In this document: piece after piece, positions 10,515 to 20,303 of the stretch
Numbering within the stretch: position 1 is the first letter of the stretch
How the letters are laid out: every line of letters begins with the position of its first letter
DNA from: an uncultured archaeon
GTDB lineage: Archaea; Asgardarchaeota; Thorarchaeia; Thorarchaeales; Thorarchaeaceae
Reading direction: 5' to 3'
DNA length: 63,001 nucleotides
Assembly: GCA_964590575.1 (NCBI GenBank)
Contig: CAZPWM010000005.1
Coordinates: forward strand, 1-63,001
Made by a program: the position numbers and the translations under genes
The notes under the pieces: model-generated
What the model was told of the DNA's origin: nothing
Database searches by the model: none
Seen by the model: the letters and a program-made list of their open reading frames with translations, nothing else

Positions 10515-10759
10515 TTTTCCTCCCTACTTCTCTTATCTGCAGCCGCCTCTCTAATAATGGCTTCGACAAAATGCTTCCGGTTATTGATTTATATTCTGAG
10601 CAAAAGATGTCTACATACGAACATATTCTCATTTCAGCTCGCAACTTTCGATTTACTTTCTAAATAGTGAAGTTACAATCATTTCCTGTTTGGAGCATCA
10701 AGAAGGGTTAATACATAGGGCCTGTTCAATTAGTTAAGTACGCAGCGGATGGTTCCTAA

Positions 10760-11950
10760 ATGACACAACTATATGATGTTGCAGTAGTTGGCGCTGGTCC
10801 AGCAGGGAGCACTGTTGCCAAGGTTGTGTCTGAGCATGGATTCCGTACAATTGTAATCGACAGGAGATCCGAGGTCGGCATCCCTGTTCAATGTGGTGAG
10901 CTGATTCCTACACCATCTGAAGCTCGAACTCTCTTCCCAAATTCAAATAGGATGCCAAGTGTAGTCAATGTGCCGCATGAGTTTATCACAAACAAGACTC
11001 ATTCTATTCGATTAAACTCTCCAAATGGTTCCTCCTACGAGTTTCCTTTTGAAGCTAATATCGTTGATAGAGCAAAATACGACCAGAATCTTGCATACTT
11101 GGCCGAAGCTACAGGAGCAAAGTTACTTCTGAGGTCCAGAGTGAAAAAGCGTTCTTTCAACAACGAACTCACCTTAAAAACGGACAATTCTGAAAACACG
11201 GTTGCAGCGAGATTGATTGTTGGTGCTGATGGTGCCAACTCTGTAGTAGCTCAATCTCTCGGAAACCAGTTCATTCACTCTGAATCTGATTTAAGTCCGT
11301 CTCTGCAGTATGTGATGAGTAATGCAGATGTTGATTCATCTATCGTTGAGATGTATTTCAGCGGTAAGATTGCCCCGGGAGGATATGCTTGGGTTATTCC
11401 AAAAGGCGAGGGAATCGTTAACGTTGGATTCGGAATGAGAAGATGTATTGCACATGATGATACGCCTCTTCGCACTTACCTGGAACGGTTTATCTTCAAG
11501 ACACTTGCGGGATCTCTAGATAAAGCAAAAATAGTAAGTAAAGTGGGTGCTATCATCCCTGTAGGTGGACCACTCAAGAAGACATGGTCTAAAAATGTAC
11601 TTTTGATTGGAGATGCCGCTGGTCATGTCATGGCATCGAACGGAGGCGGAATACCAACAGCTCTTTGTGGTGGTGTGATAGCTGGTGATGTCATTAATGC
11701 CCACTTGAAAACAGATTCTCCCCTCTCTGAATACGAGGATCAATGGAGATTCGAATTTGGCAAAGAACTAGATACTGCACTAAGAGTTCTAAGGGTTGCA
11801 GATGCAGTTATGCCCTCAGATGCAGTTACTGATATCTGCATGCGACTCGCAGGAGTTAGATTTCTCGAACCATTGATTCGATGTCGATTACCTCTCCCAG
11901 TAGATTTAGCTTCAAGAACAATGGTGAAAATCCTAAGTCAGGTCATTTAA
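10760..11950 (+). CDS. Geranylgeranyl reductase family FAD-dependent prenyl reductase
   Basis: VVGAGPAG, VQCGE, GADG, PGGYAWVIP (PxxYxWxxP), GDAAGHV..SNGGGI. Confidence 0.9.
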   Translation: MTQLYDVAVVGAGPAGSTVAKVVSEHGFRTIVIDRRSEVGIPVQCGELIPTPSEARTLFPNSNRMPSVVNVPHEFITNKTHSIRLNSPNGSSYEFPFEANIVDRAKYDQNLAYLAEATGAKLLLRSRVKKRSFNNELTLKTDNSENTVAARLIVGADGANSVVAQSLGNQFIHSESDLSPSLQYVMSNADVDSSIVEMYFSGKIAPGGYAWVIPKGEGIVNVGFGMRRCIAHDDTPLRTYLERFIFKTLAGSLDKAKIVSKVGAIIPVGGPLKKTWSKNVLLIGDAAGHVMASNGGGIPTALCGGVIAGDVINAHLKTDSPLSEYEDQWRFEFGKELDTALRVLRVADAVMPSDAVTDICMRLAGVRFLEPLIRCRLPLPVDLASRTMVKILSQVI

Positions 11951-11960
11951 TGCTTCTCGA

Positions 11961-12995
11961 TTAGTAAAGTCGCTTCATTGCAAAATCTGCAAGAAGAAGA
12001 AGCAGTTCTTCATTTGCAAAGTCAAAACCGCGAATGGCTTCTTTGGCAGCGAGGATGTATTTCTTTGCAGTTTCGGTTGAATGCTCTACGGATTTATGTT
12101 CGCTGATTTGCTCTAGTGCAAATTTAACATCCCCTTCGTTCATCTTCTGAACAAATTCTTCTTTCTGTTCAGTGGAGCAGTTTTCAATCGCATGAGCAAT
12201 GAGGTAGTTACTCCGACTTCCGCGAAGGTCAGATAGGACAGTCTTTCCTGTACCGTTTTGTGTGGCAACGATATCGAGAATATCATCTCGAATCTGAAAC
12301 GAAAAACCTAGCATCTCTGAGTACTTAATTAAAGCCTCTAACTGTGTCTGATTCGCTTTTCCCAACATGGCTCCTACTTTTGCAGCAGATGTCATGAAAG
12401 AAACTGTCTTCATTCTGATGATTTCCAAAGCAGTCTTTGTCGTGTACGACTGTATCTTGTTCTGAATCATCAAGAGATCTGCTGCTTCGCCTTGACACAT
12501 TTTGATTCCTCCTGTTGCTACATGCGTCAATAGCTCGGGCGTAGATCTCTCTCCTATCAATTTGATTGCGAGGGCGACCAACAAGTCTCCTGCGATGATT
12601 GCCATCTTTCTTCCAAATTTTTCGTGAGTAGTTTCAACTCCACGACGCATACTGTCCTCATCAACCACATCATCATGGATTAGACTTGCCGTTTGAATAA
12701 ACTCAGTAGCAACTGCAAAAGGTAGAGCATCAACAACGGTTCCACCCACTGCTTCACTACAAAGTATCAACAACAGAGACCGGAGTCTTTTTCCTCCGGC
12801 AAGAATAAGGTGTCGAGTTGTTTCATAGAGTAATGCAGGTTCCCCATCTTCATCCAACAAACAACGTTTTATTTCTTCATTAATGAGGTTGATTCGAGTT
12901 CGGATTTTCTCGTTCTCAAGCAGACCAGTTTTATCCATTAACCTCAGTGTGTCTTCTGATTGTGCGTCTGTTTGAACCGAAGATCGTTCTGACAT
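11961..12995 (-). CDS. trans-Polyprenyl diphosphate synthase, probably medium/long chain
   Basis: GGKRLR, FARM ASLIHDDVVD..RRG, AGDLL, GEAAD, KT, SARM FQIRDDILD. ATG 12995 follows AGGTG (track start 13025). Confidence 0.9.
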   Translation of the reverse strand: MSERSSVQTDAQSEDTLRLMDKTGLLENEKIRTRINLINEEIKRCLLDEDGEPALLYETTRHLILAGGKRLRSLLLILCSEAVGGTVVDALPFAVATEFIQTASLIHDDVVDEDSMRRGVETTHEKFGRKMAIIAGDLLVALAIKLIGERSTPELLTHVATGGIKMCQGEAADLLMIQNKIQSYTTKTALEIIRMKTVSFMTSAAKVGAMLGKANQTQLEALIKYSEMLGFSFQIRDDILDIVATQNGTGKTVLSDLRGSRSNYLIAHAIENCSTEQKEEFVQKMNEGDVKFALEQISEHKSVEHSTETAKKYILAAKEAIRGFDFANEELLLLLADFAMKRLY

Positions 12996-13128
12996 TAAAT
13001 GATGCACCTTGGCATTTTGTTTCAATTCGTAAGCACCTTAAAGCAGTTACCTTTCCTCTTGCAAAAGCCATATCGAAGGCAATCCTTTTCTTGGTTTTGA
13101 ATTGTTGTGCACAAGTCAGGTGCAAGGT

Positions 13129-14184
13129 ATGAGCTCCGAGATTAATGAATCAATAGAGCGACCCTCCATGGCAAGAATCTGGTTAGCTGAAATGAGAGCA
13201 CCTTTTCTCACGGCCGCAATCGTTCCGGTTATCCTTGGAACAAGCGTCGCTTGGGCATCCACTGGTATATTCCTTCTTGATGTATTCCTCATGACACTAA
13301 TTGCTGGAGTCTTCATTCATATTGGTTCGAACATTGCTAATGACTACTACGACCACAAGAGTGGTACTGACGACACCAATGTTGATTTTGTTCGTCCCTT
13401 CACTGGTGGCAGTAGAATGATTCAGAGGGGATGGATGTCTCCACAAGAGGTCTTCGCAGAAGCAGTAATCTTCTTTGTGCTTGGTGGAGGGATTGGGGTC
13501 TACCTGGCATACACTAGAGGGATTGAAGTCCTTATTCTCGGAATAATTGGTGTAGGTTCTGGGTTCTTCTACACTGCCCCTCCTTTTCGCTTTGTCAGTC
13601 GTGGATATGGTGAAGTTTTCATTGGTCTGAACTTTGGAGTTCTAATGACTCTAGGAGCCTTTTTCGTTCAGACTCAGGTTCTCGCATGGGAGGCTGTATT
13701 CCCCTCAATTCCTGTAGCTATCTTAATCACTGCTGTTCTATACATAAACGAGTTTCCAGACCATGATGCTGACAGAGATGCAGGAAAGAGAACAATTGTA
13801 GTTAGATTAGGACGTCAACGCGCAGCAAAGGGATACGTCGTACTCATGGCTACTGTATACCTGTCGATTCTGATTCCTATCATTTTCAATCTGACAAGCT
13901 GGTACACTATTCTTGGGCTAACAACCATTCCTGTTGCAATATTGGGGTCGAGATATGCACTAGTTCATTATGACCATCCACTTCCACTAACTCCCGCATA
14001 TGCAAGCACTGTGACAAATCACCTTTTTACCGGTCTATTCCTAGCTTGGTCTTACATTATGATTGGCCTAGAACAGGAGCCAATCTTTGTTCTGATTTGG
14101 ATCATTACATTCATGACAATATCATCAGTTTTCTATATCATGACCCAGAAGAAAGCTGAAGCTGCTGCCGCTTCCCTTGAGTAG
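13129..14184 (+). CDS. menA: 1,4-dihydroxy-2-naphthoate polyprenyltransferase (MenA/UbiA family)
   Basis: RAPFL, NDYYDHKSGTD, YTAPP, GYGE, NEFPDHDADRDAGKRT; many TM segments. Track start is 13102. Confidence 0.88.
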   Translation: MSSEINESIERPSMARIWLAEMRAPFLTAAIVPVILGTSVAWASTGIFLLDVFLMTLIAGVFIHIGSNIANDYYDHKSGTDDTNVDFVRPFTGGSRMIQRGWMSPQEVFAEAVIFFVLGGGIGVYLAYTRGIEVLILGIIGVGSGFFYTAPPFRFVSRGYGEVFIGLNFGVLMTLGAFFVQTQVLAWEAVFPSIPVAILITAVLYINEFPDHDADRDAGKRTIVVRLGRQRAAKGYVVLMATVYLSILIPIIFNLTSWYTILGLTTIPVAILGSRYALVHYDHPLPLTPAYASTVTNHLFTGLFLAWSYIMIGLEQEPIFVLIWIITFMTISSVFYIMTQKKAEAAAASLE

Positions 14185-14477
14185 ATATTTCCTTGGTTTC
14201 TTCCACTTGTAGAACTCAGTTCCTTTCCAATAAGAGCTGACCAGATAACAGTGTAGAAACTCGCAAGTGAACAGAATATTACAGCTTCAATAGGCATTTG
14301 TAAATAAACTAAAGCAAGAACTCCAACGGTTTCAACAAGCAGTAGCTGAGCAACTACATCAAAGATTGGTGGTCGCCATTTGAATGGTGGAATCCGGTCT
14401 ACTATTTCTTCATAGATCCATTTGCGTAGGATCTCATCTTGGACCTTTGACCCATCATTCATTGTAAAAGGAACCAA
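14133..14477 (-). CDS. Small membrane protein, possibly truncated
   Basis: Follows the Fe-S gene co-directionally and has two hydrophobic segments; the 3' end overlaps menA antisense and looks non-coding. Confidence 0.4.
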   Translation of the reverse strand: MVPFTMNDGSKVQDEILRKWIYEEIVDRIPPFKWRPPIFDVVAQLLLVETVGVLALVYLQMPIEAVIFCSLASFYTVIWSALIGKELSSTSGRNQGNIYSREAAAASAFFWVMI

Positions 14478-14509
14478 TTACAACTTATTTTCCTGTCGAA
14501 GTGGTTTCA

Positions 14510-15736
14510 TCATCCATAAATCTCGTCAAGACCATCCCAAGTAAGACCGAGAGCTTGAGCAACGAGAACAGCAAGATCTTTCACTGGTTTTGATGAACCT
14601 GCTTGAGGCAATTGATCTGCCATAAAATCGACGCATGATGGACAACCGGAAGCAACAACATCCGCGTTTGTGGCTTCGATGTCTTCCACCTTGAGCTTAC
14701 TAATCTGATTGGCAAAATCCGCGTCTATTGCTCTAAGCACACCGCCAGATCCACAACAGTAACAGTTAGCTTTATTGTGAGGTAGTTCTTCGAAAGTTAC
14801 TCCAGGAAGATATTCAAGCACTTTCCTTGGTTCCTCATAAAATCCAGAATTTCGACCTGCATCGCAACCATCATGGTATGTGACGGTGATATCAAGTGGA
14901 GTATCGAGACCAGTTAATTTACCACGGTCAAGAAGGTCTGCAAGATATTGATAACCATAAACTATCTCGAATCCATGATCAATACCCAAGAACTCATGAT
15001 ACTCGCGTGCCCACATCTTGTAACAGCCTGGACAGTTTGTGATAATTCGTTCGACACCAAGCTCTTTGTACTTCTGGATGTTATGTTCAGCAAGAACTCT
15101 TGCTCCCTCGAAATCTCCAGTCATGATGAGTGGTGCGCCACAACAGTATTCCTCCTCACCGAGGACAGTATAGTCTTCCTCTATCTTATCCATAATCAGC
15201 GTTGTGGCAATAGTAGCTTGAATGGAAATACCTCGGAAAGAGGATGCACAACCAAAGAAGAATGCTGTTTTTGATGGTTTACCCTGTTTATCTAGTAACT
15301 CATCTTCGTTGGGAGTCCAATAGGACCATCCCTCTATCCTATCCATTTGTGCTTGGCCTTGAATGTTGAAGCTCTTCAAGACCGTGTCTTTAGTCATCTG
15401 GAGTTCTTCTGGCCACATATTACGTTTTTTGAACTCAGAACGCATCACTTGATAGATCTTCACAAATGGGATGTCTACTTGACATACCTCTTCACAACCA
15501 CCGCAAAGAGTACATCCAAAGATTGCATCTCTAAGACCCTCGAGACCCTCTGAAGGTTTGATTCGACCTTGCATCAAGGATCGAGCCAAGAGCATCTTTC
15601 CTTTTCCTGAATAGCTATCACGACGCTTGACTTTGTATGTAGGACAAGCACCATGACCTACTTGACAAAAACTACATTGTGCGCAAGTGAATGCGTAGTT
15701 CTGGAGGTCGTACTCATTCAATGTTGGAAAGTCCAT
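14510..15736 (-). CDS. Fe-S oxidoreductase, HdrD/GlcF-like (2x[4Fe-4S] plus two CCG domains)
   Basis: CAQCSFC..CP, CTLCGGCEEVC, FFGC, EYCCGAP, CPGC, YHDGC, CCGSGG, CPSC. Start 15736 preferred (track 15853). Confidence 0.9.
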   Translation of the reverse strand: MDFPTLNEYDLQNYAFTCAQCSFCQVGHGACPTYKVKRRDSYSGKGKMLLARSLMQGRIKPSEGLEGLRDAIFGCTLCGGCEEVCQVDIPFVKIYQVMRSEFKKRNMWPEELQMTKDTVLKSFNIQGQAQMDRIEGWSYWTPNEDELLDKQGKPSKTAFFFGCASSFRGISIQATIATTLIMDKIEEDYTVLGEEEYCCGAPLIMTGDFEGARVLAEHNIQKYKELGVERIITNCPGCYKMWAREYHEFLGIDHGFEIVYGYQYLADLLDRGKLTGLDTPLDITVTYHDGCDAGRNSGFYEEPRKVLEYLPGVTFEELPHNKANCYCCGSGGVLRAIDADFANQISKLKVEDIEATNADVVASGCPSCVDFMADQLPQAGSSKPVKDLAVLVAQALGLTWDGLDEIYG

Positions 15737-15880
15737 TGGTAATAGGTCTCCGCGAGTGACTGACTCAACAGGTGCGGTGCAATGCTCCTTAAAATCTTTC
15801 CAGTTTATCAAAGAATAACTAATTGAAACCAGTATAGCCCATTTTATGTACAAGGTATGCCCCAGGAGCTTTGCTCGCTA

Positions 15881-15890
15881 GGTTTTTATC
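15881..15890 (+). promoter_or_regulatory. TATA-like box upstream of the glcD-nuoB fusion
   Basis: GGTTTTTATC; similar TTTTATC elements at 18911-18920 (before nuoA) and 60351-60359 (before fprA). Confidence 0.35.
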
Positions 15891-15950
15891 TTACAACTTT
15901 CCAAGCCACAGACTGTAAGCAGCTCTGTTCATGAGCTGGAGAGTGGACTC

Positions 15951-17891
15951 ATGGTCCTGAAGCAAAAGCCAGAAAAGAAACTCGAAGAGATTTTTGGAGA
16001 CCGCCTAATTACACAGAAGCATGAACTGGTTCTTTTTGGACAGGACGTTGGGTCTCTTCCAAAACAGGTTGGTTGGCTCATGAATACAAAACCTGATGCC
16101 ATCGTACAGCCCATAGCTTCCGAGGAGATTCAAGCACTTTATGGTGTTGCGAGAGAATTCAAAGTACCGTTAGTACCTCGTGCTGCTGGGACATCGGGAT
16201 ATGGTGGTGCGATACCCCGAAAGGGTGGCGTAATTGTTGATATGCGCCGCATGGACAAGATACTCGAGGTTGACAGCGAGAATTTGACAGTCACGGTTGA
16301 GCCGGGGATTTCTTGGGCCAATCTTCAGTTCGAATTGAACAGAAAAGGATTGGACACTAGATGCTACCCTTCGTCAGGTCTTTCAGCCACGGTAGGCGGA
16401 TGGGTGGCTCAAGGTGGGGATGGCATAGGGTCTCTCAAGTATGGCAACATCAACAAGAATGTTATCAAACTCGAAGTCGTACTACCTGACGGAAAACTTG
16501 TCAAAACAAAAGACATTGATCTATTCTGCGATACAGAAGGAATTCTTGGAATTATAACCAAGATCACCCTCAAGATAAAACCACTCAATCCTATGAAGGT
16601 GATAGTTTCAAGCTTCGGAGAAAACTATCAGATGGTCCTAGCAATCGAGAAGATTCTCGAAGACGGTCCACTCCCATATACCATCAAGTTTGAGGAGTCA
16701 AAATACACCGACCTGAAGAAAGCAATCTGGGAGGGTGAAAAACCATTCCCAATTCCAGCTCATCACGGGTCTTTGATGGTGGTTTATGAAGGTGATGAGG
16801 AAGAGATAGAGGAAGGGATTAGAGTTGTCAAAGAAGTCACCGAAATGTATCGTGGAGTTGTCTATGGTGATGATGTTGCTGAGCATGAATGGCACGAGCG
16901 TTACTATCCAATGAAGATCAAGAAGAAAGGACCAACACTCGTCGTTGGTCAAGCCTTCGCTCCCCTAGAGAATCTTGCTGCTATACTTGATGATTTTCAG
17001 TTCGAGCAAGCATCAGCGAAAGCGGGCATTGATGGTTACGTTAACTCCAAGAGCGCGGTCACAATGATGGGCTACTTCCTAGAGGATGAACGAAGAATGT
17101 TCTACATGTTCTCATGGGCCCAGAGCTTTGTCATTTTTAAAATCGCGCAACGTCATGGAGGACACGTTCACTCAACTGGAATCTGGTTTGCAAATTACGC
17201 TTCGCAATACTTCGGAAAACAGAGACTTGCTCGAATAAGGGCTGCAAAGCTCACGTGGGATAGGCAGGAGATATCTAATCCCGGTAAAGTCTTTGCTTAT
17301 TGGTTGCCATTCATACTCAAAATCGGCAAGTACTTTCTTTGGATATTCTATGACCTATTCAGAAACGGGTTCGGTAGAATTGCTCCAATCCTTCTGAAAT
17401 GGCTTCAGAATGTACCACCACTAAAGTGGGTCTTAAGATGGGGTCGAGCTCACAGCCCATGGCCTATGCAGTATGGCATTGGCTGTTGCATGGTTGATGG
17501 TGCAGCAGGAATTGCACCCCGTTGGGACTTTGAGCGATTCGGAATGCTTCCACTCTTCGGTCCAAGACAGACTGATGTTCTATGGATCTCAGGTTCATTG
17601 ACCAAGAAGATGGCACCAAGACTCAGACGTATCTACGAACAGATGCCGGAACCTAAGTTCGTCATCGCATTCGGTCAATGCGTTGCCTCTGGAGGTCTCT
17701 TCTGGGAAGGATATTCCTTGGCGACTCCTCCAGACAAGATCGTGCCTGTGGACGTTTATTTGCCGGGATGCCCACCAAAGCCTGCTGACTTCATACGAGC
17801 GCATCTCATCCTACAAAACAAGATTCGTGCAGGTACAACTCACTGGCAACAGAAATACGAGAACCAAGATGCAATGGGGATGATGCAGTAA
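15951..17891 (+). CDS. nuoB: Fusion of an FAD-binding oxidoreductase (GlcD/D-lactate dehydrogenase-like, aa 1-~445) and complex I subunit NuoB (aa ~490-646)
   Basis: N-terminal PDAIVQP, PRAAGTSGYGG, VEPG, PSS..ATVGG, EGILGIITK, NPGK. C-terminal WGRAHSPWP, GCC, PRQTD, RRIYEQMPEPKFVIAFGQCVASGG, VDVYLPGCPP. Confidence 0.92.
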   Translation: MVLKQKPEKKLEEIFGDRLITQKHELVLFGQDVGSLPKQVGWLMNTKPDAIVQPIASEEIQALYGVAREFKVPLVPRAAGTSGYGGAIPRKGGVIVDMRRMDKILEVDSENLTVTVEPGISWANLQFELNRKGLDTRCYPSSGLSATVGGWVAQGGDGIGSLKYGNINKNVIKLEVVLPDGKLVKTKDIDLFCDTEGILGIITKITLKIKPLNPMKVIVSSFGENYQMVLAIEKILEDGPLPYTIKFEESKYTDLKKAIWEGEKPFPIPAHHGSLMVVYEGDEEEIEEGIRVVKEVTEMYRGVVYGDDVAEHEWHERYYPMKIKKKGPTLVVGQAFAPLENLAAILDDFQFEQASAKAGIDGYVNSKSAVTMMGYFLEDERRMFYMFSWAQSFVIFKIAQRHGGHVHSTGIWFANYASQYFGKQRLARIRAAKLTWDRQEISNPGKVFAYWLPFILKIGKYFLWIFYDLFRNGFGRIAPILLKWLQNVPPLKWVLRWGRAHSPWPMQYGIGCCMVDGAAGIAPRWDFERFGMLPLFGPRQTDVLWISGSLTKKMAPRLRRIYEQMPEPKFVIAFGQCVASGGLFWEGYSLATPPDKIVPVDVYLPGCPPKPADFIRAHLILQNKIRAGTTHWQQKYENQDAMGMMQ

Positions 17892-18451
17892 TGTCGCTCA
17901 GGCAAGATAGTGATCCATACTGCATGCTCTTTCTTGGCTTAGTCATACTTACAGCTTTTATCTTCAACTTTGTCTATCTTGGTTTCGTGGCTCCACCATC
18001 CGCGGCCTTGGCTGTCGCTGGTTCATTCACACTAATCGGAGGTATGTCCATTCTCTTAGTCTTCTTCTTAATCGGGTACTTCAGGCCTGAGAAAGGAAAA
18101 GGAAAGAATCTGATGATGGCACTCTCCGTTGTTGTAGGATTCTTCTTTGTTGTATTTGTTGACCAATTTGCTTTAGCAGTACCTATTGCAGGATCAACAA
18201 TGTATCTGTCATTTTGGGGTCTAGGAGGATCTATTCTCACAGCAGCTGGTTTTGCCATGATGCACAACCAAGAAGAAAGCTACTCACCGGGTATCTTAGA
18301 CACAAAATCTTTGCATTATGGTCCGGAACCTGAACCTGAGCCTGAAGCAGATACCCCGACTGAAACCGAGGCTGTAGAACTCACCGCTGAGGAAACTACT
18401 GTGGAAGATGAAACACCTAGTGAACCAGCTTCCGATGCTGGAAACGAGTAA
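17891..18451 (+). CDS. 4-TM membrane protein with acidic C-terminal tail
   Basis: TAATG stop/start overlap with the fusion gene; four hydrophobic segments; EPEPEPE acidic tail. Confidence 0.75.
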   Translation: MSLRQDSDPYCMLFLGLVILTAFIFNFVYLGFVAPPSAALAVAGSFTLIGGMSILLVFFLIGYFRPEKGKGKNLMMALSVVVGFFFVVFVDQFALAVPIAGSTMYLSFWGLGGSILTAAGFAMMHNQEESYSPGILDTKSLHYGPEPEPEPEADTPTETEAVELTAEETTVEDETPSEPASDAGNE

Positions 18452-18461
18452 GGTTGATTTC

Positions 18462-18827
18462 TCACTCGTAGAGCCAGTTGAACGCAGCAAATGCAATTAA
18501 GAGTCCAAATGCCATCCATGCAAATAGAATAATTCCCATGATAAGATCATACATGGTGAAGATTAGATATGCATGAATTCCACCTAGGATTCCAGTCATC
18601 ATAGTCAATGCAACTCTGCTGGAACGTGTTTTAGCTGCGGCGAATCCAAATGCCGTCGCTACAAGGAGCAGTCCACCTAAAACAAGTATCAAACGGAAGA
18701 GTATACTAACGACTAAAACTGTTGTATTCATGATATACCAAAAGTATGCTCCGACTAGAGCCATTCCAATTAACAGAGCAAGATAATAGAAGAATGTTCC
18801 TTCTTCGCCACGAGCCAAATGAATCAC
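18462..18827 (-). CDS. Small 4-TM membrane protein
   Basis: 121 aa, almost wholly hydrophobic; fills the gap between the fusion operon and nuoA. Confidence 0.7.
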   Translation of the reverse strand: MIHLARGEEGTFFYYLALLIGMALVGAYFWYIMNTTVLVVSILFRLILVLGGLLLVATAFGFAAAKTRSSRVALTMMTGILGGIHAYLIFTMYDLIMGIILFAWMAFGLLIAFAAFNWLYE

Positions 18828-19188
18828 CTATAATACTGAAACAGTATAACGAGATGTTGCTCGACCCCTCGTGCTATTTAACTTCTTTGAGTCACTGAAA
18901 AAACCCGAAGTGTTTTTATCACGGTACTTTCCTACCGCCGTAAGTTTCAATGTACATGGTTCAGCCAAAATCCATACTATGGAACGTTAAGAAAAGCAAT
19001 CGTTCCGTACGAAAGGGATTATGGTCTGGTCATGTCAACGACGCTTAGCACAGAAGGACCTTGGAACTTATGAAAAGGGAGATTCTCGGCACTAATCATT
19101 TTGTAGGTATCTTCAATAACCGCCGTGTCCGGACCCTTGCCTGCTTTCAACATACTGTCAAAGAAGAATCAGAGGATGGTCTTGCAGC

Positions 19189-19656
19189 ATGATGCAGAGT
19201 GAAAGATTGTTTATGGAATTCATCCCCGTTTTGATATGGGCTTTGTTAGCCATTGTCTTGGTTGTAGTGATGCTGCTTGCATCATGGGTACTGCGTCCTC
19301 ATGTGTTGCAGAACTCTGAGAAGACTTCGACATATGAGTGTGGGGAGGAACCCATCGGTCCTGCCAGGATATCATACCCCTACAACTACTTCATCTATAC
19401 TGTGCTATTTGTCGTGGTTGATGTATTAGGTGCCTTTCTCTGGCTTCTTACCTCATCAAATATACTGTGGGTTGATGCAACCAAATATGCTGTTGTTTGG
19501 CAAGTGACTGTCTTCATATTGATCATCATGGGGGGTGCTGGGTACGTTATGAAGATGCTCCCACAATCGTTCTTGGATGGCAAAGAAACCCTTGAGGTCT
19601 ATCGTTTGGCCAAAGCTGAGAGGGAACAAGAAAAGCATGTTGCAGGAGGTCATTGA
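19189..19656 (+). CDS. nuoA: Complex I subunit A
   Basis: KTSTYECGEEP, FVVVDV; three TMs. Confidence 0.92.
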   Translation: MMQSERLFMEFIPVLIWALLAIVLVVVMLLASWVLRPHVLQNSEKTSTYECGEEPIGPARISYPYNYFIYTVLFVVVDVLGAFLWLLTSSNILWVDATKYAVVWQVTVFILIIMGGAGYVMKMLPQSFLDGKETLEVYRLAKAEREQEKHVAGGH

Positions 19657-20303
19657 AGATGCAGGGTATCGAAGCAGTTTTTGAGTCGATTGAATTTTTC
19701 CTATTAGCAGGCATCGTACTGGTTTTAGCATATCTAGCATTGGAGCACAAAGAGATCGTCTATGCTGCATTCTTCTTTGGTTTCATGGCTTCTTTTGTGG
19801 CTGGATTCTTCCTATTGCTTGAAGCACCTTTCATAGCAGGGATGCAGATAGCAGTTTACACTGGAGGAATTAGTGCACTCATCATCTTTGGAGTATTATT
19901 ATTACCTAGAGCTCAAGATTCATCGCTTGAGACGTTTGCATCACCGCGAAAACGACAAGTTGGATTACTCATAGCCGCATTGGTCATAGCTCTTTCTGGG
20001 TTCCTAGCTTTCATTTTTCCATGGGCTGAATCATTTGACCAATCCTTCATTGAAATCTCAAACAACCTGAATGAACTTGCAATGTGGTTGTGGGCTGACA
20101 ATGGCATCTATGTTCAGATGATTGCTCTAATCATGGTGACTTCTTTAGTCGGAGCGATTGCGCTTCTGAAGATGGACAAGGCTGAACAACTAGCGTCCAT
20201 ACATGGAGAGTTTGGTGTTGAAGCGAAGCCTGAAATCGAAGAACCGGATTCAGTGGTGGAAGAGGAACAACCTGAAGGAGAACCGGAGGAGGTCGATGGA
20301 TAA
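19653..20303 (+). CDS. nuoJ: Complex I subunit J
   Basis: LEAPFIAGMQIAVYTGGI; five TMs; acidic tail. Confidence 0.88.
   Translation: MKMQGIEAVFESIEFFLLAGIVLVLAYLALEHKEIVYAAFFFGFMASFVAGFFLLLEAPFIAGMQIAVYTGGISALIIFGVLLLPRAQDSSLETFASPRKRQVGLLIAALVIALSGFLAFIFPWAESFDQSFIEISNNLNELAMWLWADNGIYVQMIALIMVTSLVGAIALLKMDKAEQLASIHGEFGVEAKPEIEEPDSVVEEEQPEGEPEEVDG

Noticed and set aside
18320-18350. CCTGAA-like short tandem repeat
   Set aside because: Simply encodes the PEPEPE low-complexity tail
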